Shown here: piece after piece, positions 8,841-18,802 of the stretch
Numbering within the stretch: position 1 is the first letter of the stretch
Layout of the letters: the number at the start of each line of letters is the position of its first letter
Source of the DNA: an uncultured Pseudomonadales bacterium
Lineage (GTDB): Bacteria; Patescibacteriota; Microgenomatia; UBA1400; MFAQ01
Direction: 5' to 3'
Assembly: GCA_964487665.1 (NCBI GenBank)
Contig: CAZARR010000004.1
Span: 816 to 64,815, forward strand
DNA: 64,000 nucleotides
Made by a program: the position numbers and the translations under genes
Notes under the pieces: model-generated
What the model was told of the DNA's origin: nothing
The model's input: only the letters and a program-made list of their open reading frames with translations
The model's database searches: none

Positions 8841-10479
8841 CGGTGGAAATTATTTTGAACATAGTTTGCCCACCTAGTGATTTTACTTCAGAAAGCACTT
8901 TGGTGCCGTATGTTTCTTCTGTGGTTGTAATTAAGAGGGTGTTCTTGCGCATCATGTCGGAAGTAATATTTATTTGCCTGAACTCAAATTTGCCAAAGCT
9001 TCTTACTGTGCTGAATCCAAACTTATCTCTGGGGGTAAGTTTAATTTCGGTTTGAATAACTTTAGGAGAATATTTTAAGAAAAAGGCAATAATTATATAA
9101 GGTTGATCGTACTTATCAGAAATAACAATATGATCGTATTTCCGGCTATTAGTTTTCAAGTAATCGGCAACTTGGTCAAAACCATATTCCCATGCGTTAG
9201 GAACTTCACGCGGATATCGGTAGAAATAGGAATATAAAAAATTCCCGGTTTGATATATCAGAATGATCGAAAAAAAGGTGATTGCAAACAGCCGAAGATT
9301 TGTTTTTAGAGGTTGAACCAGCTTACCAAATACGTCCACACCGCCCAAAGCAATAATCAAACTTAGCGGTATGATCATGTTCTGCGATCGAAGTGCATGG
9401 GGTGATTGAAACGTAAGCGAGGCCGCGATCGGGGCTATTAATAACCAGATTAAAATAAGCCAAGATGAGGGATTGTTTAAACGCACTAGACTAATAAGTC
9501 CGGTTAACAAAAGTGGCGCGAGAATTAAATAAAGTTGAGCTTGACCAGGAATGTGATTTCGTGAAATGTCATCTCCTTCAACAAATAGAAATCTGGGAGA
9601 ATAGTGAGAATAATAATTCTGGATAAATCTAGAGGGGTAAGTAATGTATTTACTATGGACCAATTTGGGTAATATTGGTTGGGAGTGAAGACGTCTTAAC
9701 TCGAGTGCTTCCCAAAGCGGCCCAGAATCAGCAAATATGGAAACACCGTTAAAGCGGGATCTACCCTCTATTGACGTCATTTGCTTGATAAGGGGAATGG
9801 TGACAAGAAGAAATATTAATCCCGCTAAGATAAAATTTCGTAGATCAGAACGGTGACGGACATTTGATAATATTTCCGATTTATAAAAAACTAAAAGGGA
9901 CAAACCCATTAGGGGGGCAATAACTCGAAGAGAGTGGTAAGAATATAAACCGGCAGAAAGTGCCAATGCAGATATTACAAAGAACTTGGAACGCTTTAGA
10001 CCATAGAGAAATGTCAGAATAGAAAGGGTGAGGAAAAAGGTCGAAATGTTTACCTCCCACGCACCCCTAGAAAAATGAATATGCCAGGGTGAGATTGCCA
10101 AAACAAGAGCACTAAATAAGCCGATTTTAGGTTTAAACTGAGGAAATAAATGATTAGCGAGTAGATATACCAACCATATGGTAGCAATACCAAGCAGTGC
10201 TGATGGTAGCCTGATGGCAAACACATTTAAGCCAAAAATTTTGATAAATGGAATCGATATATAAACATAAAGTGGTGGTTTGTAGTCGTTAAATGATTTG
10301 AAGGTTAGGGGCCAACTGGTTCCAAACTCATCCTTACTGGTTTGAAGAAGTGAATATGAGTTGTATCCCAAAGCGGCTTCGTCACTATTGAGACCGGAGG
10401 GGTAATTACCCAACTGGAATAAACGAATCGATGATGCGACAACTAGTATAAGAGCTAGTAAAATTTTTTTATAGCGCAT
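8827..10479 (-). CDS. GT39/PMT-ArnT-like GT-C glycosyltransferase (paralog 1)
   Basis: LFQLGNYPSGLNSDEAALGYNSYSLLQTSKDEFGTSWPL is the PMT_2/ArnT-type N-terminal loop with a DE motif. 550 aa with 12+ TM helices and a C-terminal periplasmic domain. Confidence 0.6.
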   Translation of the reverse strand: MRYKKILLALILVVASSIRLFQLGNYPSGLNSDEAALGYNSYSLLQTSKDEFGTSWPLTFKSFNDYKPPLYVYISIPFIKIFGLNVFAIRLPSALLGIATIWLVYLLANHLFPQFKPKIGLFSALVLAISPWHIHFSRGAWEVNISTFFLTLSILTFLYGLKRSKFFVISALALSAGLYSYHSLRVIAPLMGLSLLVFYKSEILSNVRHRSDLRNFILAGLIFLLVTIPLIKQMTSIEGRSRFNGVSIFADSGPLWEALELRRLHSQPILPKLVHSKYITYPSRFIQNYYSHYSPRFLFVEGDDISRNHIPGQAQLYLILAPLLLTGLISLVRLNNPSSWLILIWLLIAPIAASLTFQSPHALRSQNMIIPLSLIIALGGVDVFGKLVQPLKTNLRLFAITFFSIILIYQTGNFLYSYFYRYPREVPNAWEYGFDQVADYLKTNSRKYDHIVISDKYDQPYIIIAFFLKYSPKVIQTEIKLTPRDKFGFSTVRSFGKFEFRQINITSDMMRKNTLLITTTEETYGTKVLSEVKSLGGQTMFKIISTDDQE

Positions 10480-11440
10480 TACTAAGTTGATTAATAAAAC
10501 CTAGACCGAGGTATACAAACTTGGAGTCCAAAACTCTATATAGATGAACGAAGTAAAGATCTAAACTTAGGATGTTTAGAATAATTACGAGTGTACAAAT
10601 TACGATAAATAAGGCGAGTGACTTTTTGAAGATTGATACCGCACCGATACTAATTAGAATTGATATTGGCAATATCATTGAAAAAACCTGAGCGGCCGGA
10701 AACTGGCAGGGTATTAGTAGGGCAGAGATTGGAGCAAGAAAGAAAATTAACAAATAATTAAACAGGTTATTTCTTATCAGGTAGAACGAGCCAATAAGGC
10801 CGATAAACAATAATGACAGGTCTGAGTAATTTAACAAACCGACCTTCAATACCCTATCACTGGTAGCCAGAGTTCGGCCAGTAAAGGTAAGAAATTGAGG
10901 AGAGAAGAAAAAGAGATATCTATCCCCCAGTTGGGGTGATATACCAAAAATTATTAAGCAAAAGATAATTGACAAAGTTAACAAAAACATTCTCTTGTGA
11001 TCTAGTCTAATAAATAGCAGGCTGACGAAGAATAATATAAAAGGTGAAGAGGGTAGGTAAACCAGGGCTGAAATGATGACGAGAGGAATAGAAAGTAAAT
11101 AATTGCGAAAGCGGTCGTATAGATAAAAAGAGATTATCAATAGGGTCAGCTGTAAGCTGGGGGGGAAGGCGTCCTTTGAGAGGGCAACATGCCAGGGGTT
11201 AAAAGAAATGAACGAAGTAACGACGAGGGAAAACAGTTTTTGAGTTGACTTTGAATACCCAAGTTCCATTCTTTGGACAAGTTGATAAAAAACAAAAATA
11301 CCAATTGTGGCCACAAGGGCTGATGGAAAATAGACCTGCAACTGGCTGATGGTAAAAGACGGAATACCGGAGGAATAATTTATTGGCCAAATCCTAATGA
11401 TGAAGGCTAACAGAAGTAAGGGGAATAGAAGGATATGCAT
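10469..11440 (-). CDS. Polytopic membrane protein, possibly a Wzy-like polymerase or ligase
   Basis: 323 aa with about 9 TM helices and no soluble domain. Its context between GT-C genes supports the guess, but no motif was recognised. Confidence 0.35.
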   Translation of the reverse strand: MHILLFPLLLLAFIIRIWPINYSSGIPSFTISQLQVYFPSALVATIGIFVFYQLVQRMELGYSKSTQKLFSLVVTSFISFNPWHVALSKDAFPPSLQLTLLIISFYLYDRFRNYLLSIPLVIISALVYLPSSPFILFFVSLLFIRLDHKRMFLLTLSIIFCLIIFGISPQLGDRYLFFFSPQFLTFTGRTLATSDRVLKVGLLNYSDLSLLFIGLIGSFYLIRNNLFNYLLIFFLAPISALLIPCQFPAAQVFSMILPISILISIGAVSIFKKSLALFIVICTLVIILNILSLDLYFVHLYRVLDSKFVYLGLGFINQLSNAL

Positions 11441-11452
11441 AATTTATCGATT

Positions 11453-13126
11453 TTATATAAATTTGGCGATAATAAAGGCAGTTGAGCCATCTAAAAATTT
11501 GATTTCTTTAAGAATTTTTGTATTTATCGGTAAACGCCCCGCTTGAGCTACGAGTAAAGAGTTCATAACGGGGATAGTAGTGCCGCTTTCTAATTTTAGG
11601 TAATTTGTAGAATCGGTATATGGAATGGCATCGTTGTTAACAAAAAAAATATTATCAATCTTATCTGTCCAAAACCAATCAGATTGTTTGAATCTAATGC
11701 TGTTACCGCCGGGCTGAAGTAGGTGTGGGTTGATGTTGCCAAAAAAAGCATAGAACATATGTGGTTCCCCTTGCCATTTGGAGATATAAAAATTTGAATA
11801 TTCTTTTTGGTGTTGGGCTATGTAATCGAAAGCTTGTTTATACCCATATTGCCAAGATTGGGAAAAATTGTTCTTGTAATTGGTGAAATATTCTTTTTGG
11901 TAACTGACAAAATCGATGGAAACAACTATTAACAAAACTGTGATGGTCGTTGTTTTAATTAAGTCAGTTTTTAGGAAACGATTTAGTAGGGCAAGACCAT
12001 AGAGAGAAATAATTATTAGTGCGGGAATCATAGGCGAAGGTCGCAGAGCCTGTGGTGGGCTGTTGGTAACCGAGGCGGCAATGGGGCTTAAAAGTAACCA
12101 GGAAAGGACAAAATTATAATTTTTATGAGGTTTTGACAAAATCGCAAGCCAACTAAAAATTGCCAGCATTAGTATTGGTAAGGTGAATAAGTTTCGATCG
12201 GGGATGGCGAATTGTGTCTGGGGGGCATTGGTTTGGTAAAAAAAGCCAGGACTAAAATATGATAAATAATTCCTTCCTGAATGGACCAAGAAATAACTGG
12301 GTTTGTTGTAAACCAATCTTTTTATAAAAGGAGGTAAAGAGCTTTCCTCGCGCATCTCTCCTATCTCATATTCTATTGATGGTGGTATGATTTTGAGTTT
12401 GCCGTACCGTGCCGTCCCCTGCCCATTAAATATCTGGAGTCCTATAAGTAAAATACCAATCGAAGTAAGGAAAATTGCTAAGATATTGGATTTTGCAAAG
12501 TTTATTTTCGGTCGGTAAATTAGCCACCAACAAATTAGTAGTATCGGAATGAAGATTCTGTACGTATTGTAGGTATGCATGGACAAATTCAATAAAATCG
12601 CAGGAGCCAACCAAGACTTTGTGTGTAAACCGCGCAGTAGATAATATAAGCCAAATATCGTCAGCGTTAAGGCCAGATTTGCCTCAAGAGCAGGGCGAGA
12701 TATGAAAAAATGCCAAGGGTTGATTGTAAGAAGAATGGCGGCTGCGAGTCCATAATCAATTTTCCATTTGTGGAAAACGAGTTTCTCCTTACCAAAAAGT
12801 TTGTTGGTTAATAAGTAGATTCCAAGGACGGCAAGAGTTCCCGACAAGGCTGAGACAAAACGAGTTGAAAAGGTATTTAGGCCAAAAATAAAAATAGGAA
12901 GAATTGAGAAGTAAATATAAACCGGAAGTTTGTAGTCACCATAAGCACGGAATAACGTAGGTAAACTTGCGCCCCATTCATCTTTGCCGGTTTTTAATAC
13001 CGAGTAGGCGTTATAACCAAGGCTGACCTCATCCCAGTTCGGGGACGGGGGCATGGATGACAGGTTCCAAAATCGGAGACAACCTGCGATCACGGTAATT
13101 AACAAAATTGGAACTAATCGACGCAT
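11453..13126 (-). CDS. GT39/PMT-ArnT-like GT-C glycosyltransferase (paralog 2)
   Basis: SMPPSPNWDEVSLGYNAYSVLKTGKDEWGASLP has the same signature as 8827..10479; 557 aa. Confidence 0.6.
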   Translation of the reverse strand: MRRLVPILLITVIAGCLRFWNLSSMPPSPNWDEVSLGYNAYSVLKTGKDEWGASLPTLFRAYGDYKLPVYIYFSILPIFIFGLNTFSTRFVSALSGTLAVLGIYLLTNKLFGKEKLVFHKWKIDYGLAAAILLTINPWHFFISRPALEANLALTLTIFGLYYLLRGLHTKSWLAPAILLNLSMHTYNTYRIFIPILLICWWLIYRPKINFAKSNILAIFLTSIGILLIGLQIFNGQGTARYGKLKIIPPSIEYEIGEMREESSLPPFIKRLVYNKPSYFLVHSGRNYLSYFSPGFFYQTNAPQTQFAIPDRNLFTLPILMLAIFSWLAILSKPHKNYNFVLSWLLLSPIAASVTNSPPQALRPSPMIPALIIISLYGLALLNRFLKTDLIKTTTITVLLIVVSIDFVSYQKEYFTNYKNNFSQSWQYGYKQAFDYIAQHQKEYSNFYISKWQGEPHMFYAFFGNINPHLLQPGGNSIRFKQSDWFWTDKIDNIFFVNNDAIPYTDSTNYLKLESGTTIPVMNSLLVAQAGRLPINTKILKEIKFLDGSTAFIIAKFI

Positions 13127-13181
13127 TGTTTGGTTTAATTATATTCTAGTGGACACAGTAAATGGGTGTTACACTCAAAGA

Positions 13182-13724
13182 ATGGGTGGGCAGAGTTGGC
13201 GTAGAGTCATACTAAAGATTGCGTGTTTCTATGGCGTTTTTTTAGTGTTTGGGCTATTTTTATTTTTATCTTTGGGTTCATATTATCGTAATAATTTTCG
13301 CCAATCTGAACTAGACAGAATGATGAAAAGTACTTCAATATATCGAGATAAAACTGACAACCCGTGTCTTTATAGCATCTTTGGAGATCCAATCGACGCA
13401 GGTGAAAAATATGTAAAAGTAATTCTAAATTGTGCTGATGGAACCCGATCAACTAACACTATAGATCTACGCGCGATCGAGGGAGATACCTGGCTTGATC
13501 TTTTGATCGAATTAGGTCGAATTAATGGTTTTGACGTTATTATGAAAAACAACAGCCTAATTATTGGTAAATCGACGATTGGAGATGAATTGGTACGGTG
13601 GAATTGCTTTTTAGGTAGTAGAAAAATAGCTGATTTTTCTGAATCAGTGACACAAAGGAGTGAGATTAGTTGTCGCCCTGAGGTAATTAAACAAAACTTA
13701 CATTCATCTAATGGGAAAAGTTAA
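13182..13724 (+). CDS. Membrane-anchored hypothetical protein with a Cys-containing soluble domain
   Basis: The track ORF starts at 13053, but its first 43 codons overlap the convergent minus gene. An internal ATG at 13182 precedes a single TM helix (ILKIACFYGVFLVFGLFLFLSL) and a ~130 aa soluble domain with four Cys residues. No family recognised. Confidence 0.4.
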   Translation: MGGQSWRRVILKIACFYGVFLVFGLFLFLSLGSYYRNNFRQSELDRMMKSTSIYRDKTDNPCLYSIFGDPIDAGEKYVKVILNCADGTRSTNTIDLRAIEGDTWLDLLIELGRINGFDVIMKNNSLIIGKSTIGDELVRWNCFLGSRKIADFSESVTQRSEISCRPEVIKQNLHSSNGKS

Positions 13725-15123
13725 GTTGGTCATTTTTCTAGTTGCTACGATTGTTATCTTGGGCTTGGGATACAAATTGAGACTTAGGAATTACGATTTG
13801 GTTCCATTTCCTGGTGAATCTACTGACGAATATAGCAATACATGGGTTGGGTTGAGTTTGTTGAAATTAGGAGTCCCTGTGGGAATTTCGGATATTAGAG
13901 GGTACGACAAGACACAGCTTAGATACATTAACGTTGACAGAATTTATCAGAAAACGGTTAATTTTGGCCCACTACAAATAAATCGGCCGTGGTTCGACCA
14001 TCCTCCTGCCATGGGGCTTTTAATTGGTACCTATGCCCGGGCTAAAAATGTGGGTGTTTTTGAGGATGCAATTTTGGTAATTGGCCGTAAACCCATGGTG
14101 TTTTTGGGAACATTTACTATTTTGTGCGTAATGATCTTTGCTTTAGTGAATTTTGGACTTATCGTCTCACTTTTGTCTGGTATCATTTACGCTACTTCAG
14201 CGCTTATTGTGGTTGATAGCAGGATGATACAAGCTGAAAATGGTTATGTTAGCTTATTTTTGATTACGCTAACATTGATAAAAAAATATGAACACGGGGA
14301 TAAGGAGGTTTACCTTTGGATGGCTGGGTTGATGGCGGCGTTAGCAGTCTTATTTAAAATCCCTGCTTTGGTGGTTGTGGTAACTGGCGTTTGTTTGCTG
14401 TTGACCCAAACATCAAAAGGATTTGACCAAAAAATTAAAGAGGCAATAGCTTTTGGTTCGATAGCCATTACAGGTCTGTTTACTTTTTTTATCTACGGAA
14501 GCGTATACGACGGAAATTTGTTTAGAAAAATTTTACTGAGTAACGGTACTCGCTATTATGGGATTGGGTTCAATTCTTTTTTCGATTTGTTAGTTACGAC
14601 AAAGATTACGATTTCTAAGTATATTACTGACGGCTGGCCGTTGTTGGGGTGGCTGTCTGTCTGGGGTTTATGTTCAAAAGGCATTTTTAAAAAGACTAGA
14701 TATGTTGTAATCCCAATTGTGATTTACCTGGCTCTGTATTGTTTGTTGGGCAGCTTGTCATATGGTTGGTATCGAATACCATTTATGCCATTTTTATTCG
14801 TCGCTTGTGCCTACTTTTTGAATTCGGGAAGAAAAGTAATTGAAAAAGGTATTTTGTCGATATCTGGTATGTTCATTCCTATCGGGGTAAACTTGCAGAA
14901 AATCTATGAGGGGGTAACGAATGCGCCTACGTACGCATGGAGGTTCTTTATTCCGATGACAATATTTTTTTTGGTAGGGTTGGTAATATTTAAAGATAAC
15001 AAAAGGATTAATGTTCGTGCCATTATGACTGTGATACTCGTCGGTTATCTATTTTTCGCTCTTTATACAAATCTTTTATACAACAACATGATTACGGCCG
15101 AGTATTGGTATAAATCTAATTAA
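13711..15123 (+). CDS. GT-C fold membrane glycosyltransferase ('DHPP' type)
   Basis: 470 aa and polytopic. The motif NRPWFDHPPAMGLLIG resembles the PMT/ArnT second-loop D-x-PPL. Its start overlaps the upstream stop by 14 nt. Confidence 0.45.
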   Translation: MGKVKLVIFLVATIVILGLGYKLRLRNYDLVPFPGESTDEYSNTWVGLSLLKLGVPVGISDIRGYDKTQLRYINVDRIYQKTVNFGPLQINRPWFDHPPAMGLLIGTYARAKNVGVFEDAILVIGRKPMVFLGTFTILCVMIFALVNFGLIVSLLSGIIYATSALIVVDSRMIQAENGYVSLFLITLTLIKKYEHGDKEVYLWMAGLMAALAVLFKIPALVVVVTGVCLLLTQTSKGFDQKIKEAIAFGSIAITGLFTFFIYGSVYDGNLFRKILLSNGTRYYGIGFNSFFDLLVTTKITISKYITDGWPLLGWLSVWGLCSKGIFKKTRYVVIPIVIYLALYCLLGSLSYGWYRIPFMPFLFVACAYFLNSGRKVIEKGILSISGMFIPIGVNLQKIYEGVTNAPTYAWRFFIPMTIFFLVGLVIFKDNKRINVRAIMTVILVGYLFFALYTNLLYNNMITAEYWYKSN

Positions 15124-15143
15124 CACTATTTGTCAGTGAGAGG

Positions 15144-16805
15144 TTATTCTTTTTGCACAAGTGTGAAGAGGGGGTCTTTGTACATGTCTTTGACAACCGA
15201 GATTACCTTGAAACCATTAGGTGGCTCTTTTGACCAATCCCAGTTACCAGGGATTTCAATTTTTTGGGCGGCTAGATAAACATCACCTCGGCTGAGTAAT
15301 TTGGATAAATCATAGCCCGGATTTAGTTGTCCGAAGTAAATATTATCGCCAAATTTAAAGCCCGAAAAACCGGGGACAACATCGGTCGCTGTCGCGTCTC
15401 CTTTAAAATTTTGTTGAAAATATTTAGGTGGATATTTGGTAAAGAAAGCGAATTTGAGTAGAGACGGCTCGTAGGTATTGTTGATAAACAACCGGTTTTT
15501 ACTGTTTTGAACATCGGGAAACTGGCTGAATATTTGTTCGTAGCCGTATTGCCATATTCTGGCGGATTGGTATCGATAGTGAGACGAATAGTAATGCCAG
15601 TAATTAAGGGTGGATGTGGCCAAGATGAATAAGAAAATAATGACAAAACAAGCCCTAATAAATATCGATTTGATAAGCGAGACTAGGGTGGACAGGCCGA
15701 CACCGGAAAGTATCATCAGGGGGGGCAACATAAGGAATAAACGGGTGGCGTGTTCTCCCCCGCCTTGAGTCAAGGCTGAAGGAATTGGAGCCAGAAATAG
15801 CCAGGAGACGATTAGTTGGTGTTCTTTTTTAGTAAAATTTGTTATTGCAACAGCGAAGCCGACCAAAAGCAGAGGGGCTAATACCATAAATAACTCTCCC
15901 CCATTGGCGATAGAATGACGAAAATTGGGATCACCATTTAGGAAAAGAAAATTGGTCGAAAGGGCAGAGGCGTAGTTTTTGAAAAAAATATTCAGATATG
16001 TAACTGGCTTATTGTGAAACAAGGGTTCTAGCTTTGAATCAAGCACCCAAGGTTCGGTTCGAATTGTAATAATTTTGTCGACTGTGGTTGGATTATTGAA
16101 AATACTGATTCCACGGAATCTCCCCGCGGCCGGGCCCGATAAAACGAAATAAAGAATTGGTGTGAGGGAAATCAAGAGGATCGTTACTTTTATCCAGTTT
16201 TTTTGAAGATTTAGTTTTGGTCTAAAAATAGTAATTAGAGAAATTAACAGTAGTGGTGTAAAAATATTTGCTGTTGAATATGTATAAAAGGTCAGGATAA
16301 AAATAAAAACCGCTAAATAGTACTTGGAATATACAAAGAAAAGGGTCCCTAATAGAATGAGACTGGTTAATAATGAGACTTCGAATGCAGTTCGGCTGTA
16401 ATGTATGTGCCACGGTGAGGTGGCTAGCAATAGAGCAGCAATTAAACCTGTTTTTTTGTCCAAAAACAATTTGGTCGAGAGGATAAAAACTAAATAAACG
16501 CTTACGATGCCCAAAATTGCTGATGGCAACCTGACTGCAAATGAGGTTGGTCCTAAAATTCCAACAAATGGAGCGGTGACATACATTAATAAGGGAGCGC
16601 GCCACTCTGAAAGGCTCTGTATATAAAGGGGGGATAAATGACCCATATAGTCTCTGCCTGTATTGAATAACGACCAGGCATGATATCCAACGTCGATTTC
16701 ATCACCAAATAGAGAAATGGGTAGTCGAGCCAAGTCCCACATTCTGAGAAATGCCCCAAAAACCAGAATTAAGAATAAAGAAAACTTAATATTTAACTTA
16801 GACAT
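15144..16805 (-). CDS. GT39/PMT-ArnT-like GT-C glycosyltransferase (paralog 3)
   Basis: ISLFGDEIDVGYHAWSLFNTGRDYMGHLSPL has the same signature as 8827 and 11453; 553 aa. Confidence 0.6.
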   Translation of the reverse strand: MSKLNIKFSLFLILVFGAFLRMWDLARLPISLFGDEIDVGYHAWSLFNTGRDYMGHLSPLYIQSLSEWRAPLLMYVTAPFVGILGPTSFAVRLPSAILGIVSVYLVFILSTKLFLDKKTGLIAALLLATSPWHIHYSRTAFEVSLLTSLILLGTLFFVYSKYYLAVFIFILTFYTYSTANIFTPLLLISLITIFRPKLNLQKNWIKVTILLISLTPILYFVLSGPAAGRFRGISIFNNPTTVDKIITIRTEPWVLDSKLEPLFHNKPVTYLNIFFKNYASALSTNFLFLNGDPNFRHSIANGGELFMVLAPLLLVGFAVAITNFTKKEHQLIVSWLFLAPIPSALTQGGGEHATRLFLMLPPLMILSGVGLSTLVSLIKSIFIRACFVIIFLFILATSTLNYWHYYSSHYRYQSARIWQYGYEQIFSQFPDVQNSKNRLFINNTYEPSLLKFAFFTKYPPKYFQQNFKGDATATDVVPGFSGFKFGDNIYFGQLNPGYDLSKLLSRGDVYLAAQKIEIPGNWDWSKEPPNGFKVISVVKDMYKDPLFTLVQKE

Positions 16806-18798
16806 GTTTGAAGATAATAATTTCGTTATTCTTGAAAACCTCTTTTAGATAATTACCGTCGTTGATAATGGGATATTCTATTTCGTCTAGCCTGAAGTAT
16901 AGGTAATCTATCGAATTTTTGGAAAGGAAATCCTTCGAGAAGTTTACGTCTTTTTGTGCCATAAATTTGTTGGCTAATTCCAGATCATTCTTAATATCGT
17001 AGCCAGTAATCATAAGTTGTTCTTCCCCAGATAAAAATGTTTTACGATTCGAAATTGAATGAACGTACATTGTTGGATACCAGGCATTAATCGGTATCGG
17101 TTGGCTGTTGTAGCGATTGCGGGCGTATTTATCAAACGGTTTGGTAAAAATGACGCTATCTACGGGAGTATTATTTTTTAGCCAATATAAACCATCGAGT
17201 TCAGAATTTGAAATTTGTGCCAATGGCTTTCGACCGTGTCCATAGAAATCAAACAAATTACCAATTGAGGTGGGTAGAGAAAAGAATAAAATTAGGCCGA
17301 TTAATGCTAATTTAAGCATAGATGATTTTATCTTTTCTAATACATAGACAAAAACAATGGCAGAAAATATTCCGGAGAAATGAAGTCCTATTTGAATAAA
17401 CTGAATTAAATTGAAGGTGATACCTTTTTGGGTAAAAAACAAAACAATTAATATTGGTAAAACTGAGGAAGAAAAAATGAGCACTGAGAACGAGTCAATC
17501 TTAGTTAAAAACTGAATAATTACAGAAACCAATCCTATTACACGAAGACCGAAATTACCAAGTATAAAAATACAAATCGCATATGCTTCATGAAGAACTA
17601 GATGGACGTTGGCCCTGAAATTGTGAAGTGATTGATAGTGTTGCCGACGAAGTTCCCATTCAACATTGTCGAGTTTGGCAACCATCATAGTTCGGGGGAA
17701 CCATAGTGGCTCGAACCTTATGAACGACTGAGCAGAAGGACTAATGATTTTAAGTGACAGATAGTTCGAAATAGCTAGTGCTAATGCAGTAACAAGGGGA
17801 ATAAGTTTTTTGAATTTTATATAATAATATATTCCATAAAAAATAAAGCTGGAAGTAAAAATTACACCCGTTGAAACTTTGATGGTTGCTATAGCAAAAC
17901 CCATAATAACCAGAAGAAAAAAGAATATAATTTTGTTTTCTTTTTCCCAAAGTAAAATTAGGTAATACAAAGTAGTAATAAAAATAATGCCAATGGTGTG
18001 GGGCGGATTTCCTAAGATACTATTTCCCTGCGAAGCCCAAAATGTTGTTTCTCCACTAAAAAAAGGGCCTTGTTTAAGTATTGAATAAATAAAACCGAGA
18101 CTACCACAGCACTGAGTGATATAGACTGCCATTTTTGCACTATGGTCACCGAATTGGCGGTAGACAAAAGAATAGACAGATAAGCCTATTAAAATCGAAA
18201 ATAAAATCGGGTAGAAACGAAAATATAGATCAAGTGTAGAAAAAAAGGGGAATAAGCGATTAAATTCGCCCATAAGAATATCACCTAGGTAATGGTAGTT
18301 TTTTAATGGATGGCTAGCATAAAGGGGATTACTGGGAGGAAAATTACTCTTGATTTCTTCTATTAGGGAGACATGCCAGAGACCATCGTGCCCCTGAGAA
18401 CTCCAAAAATTAATTCCATTTGAATAATGAAATCCGCTTGGGAAATTTATAAAACCTTGTAATATTAGTCCGAACACAAGTAAGACGAGCAAGGCTCTGT
18501 TTTTAAGAAGAGATTCCAGAGGGCGAAAAATTTCAGAACGGTAAAGATAAGTTGAAATAGATGAAACTAAAATAAGCGTAAATAAACCAAGGAAGCGAAT
18601 TTGTAGTAAACCAAAGACGACTCCCTGAAGGGTAATTATGGCAAGACCGGTTACTAGTGATAGAAAAAGAATTTCGATATTTGATAGAGTGCTTCTATTG
18701 TGATTGATGACAAAAAAACCAGGTAGGTAAACAAAAAAGAAACAAGTTACCAAGAAAACTATTAATAAACCGACCGTTGTTAGTAAGCCAGTTATCAT
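16798..18798 (-). CDS. Polytopic membrane protein, 'GHD' family (putative GT-C)
   Basis: 666 aa. The motifs FWSSQGHDGLWHVSLIEEI...NPLYASHPL..YHYLGD...LDLYFRFYPI and a later LGNPPH also occur in the membrane half of 33399..36608. Confidence 0.5.
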   Translation of the reverse strand: MITGLLTTVGLLIVFLVTCFFFVYLPGFFVINHNRSTLSNIEILFLSLVTGLAIITLQGVVFGLLQIRFLGLFTLILVSSISTYLYRSEIFRPLESLLKNRALLVLLVFGLILQGFINFPSGFHYSNGINFWSSQGHDGLWHVSLIEEIKSNFPPSNPLYASHPLKNYHYLGDILMGEFNRLFPFFSTLDLYFRFYPILFSILIGLSVYSFVYRQFGDHSAKMAVYITQCCGSLGFIYSILKQGPFFSGETTFWASQGNSILGNPPHTIGIIFITTLYYLILLWEKENKIIFFFLLVIMGFAIATIKVSTGVIFTSSFIFYGIYYYIKFKKLIPLVTALALAISNYLSLKIISPSAQSFIRFEPLWFPRTMMVAKLDNVEWELRRQHYQSLHNFRANVHLVLHEAYAICIFILGNFGLRVIGLVSVIIQFLTKIDSFSVLIFSSSVLPILIVLFFTQKGITFNLIQFIQIGLHFSGIFSAIVFVYVLEKIKSSMLKLALIGLILFFSLPTSIGNLFDFYGHGRKPLAQISNSELDGLYWLKNNTPVDSVIFTKPFDKYARNRYNSQPIPINAWYPTMYVHSISNRKTFLSGEEQLMITGYDIKNDLELANKFMAQKDVNFSKDFLSKNSIDYLYFRLDEIEYPIINDGNYLKEVFKNNEIIIFKHV

Positions 18799-18802
18799 TT
18801 TG

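Noticed and set aside
13053-13181. 5' part of track ORF 13053..13724
   Set aside because: It overlaps the convergent/divergent ArnT-like gene 11453..13126 by about 75 nt and encodes low-complexity sequence. The internal ATG at 13182 precedes a proper TM anchor.
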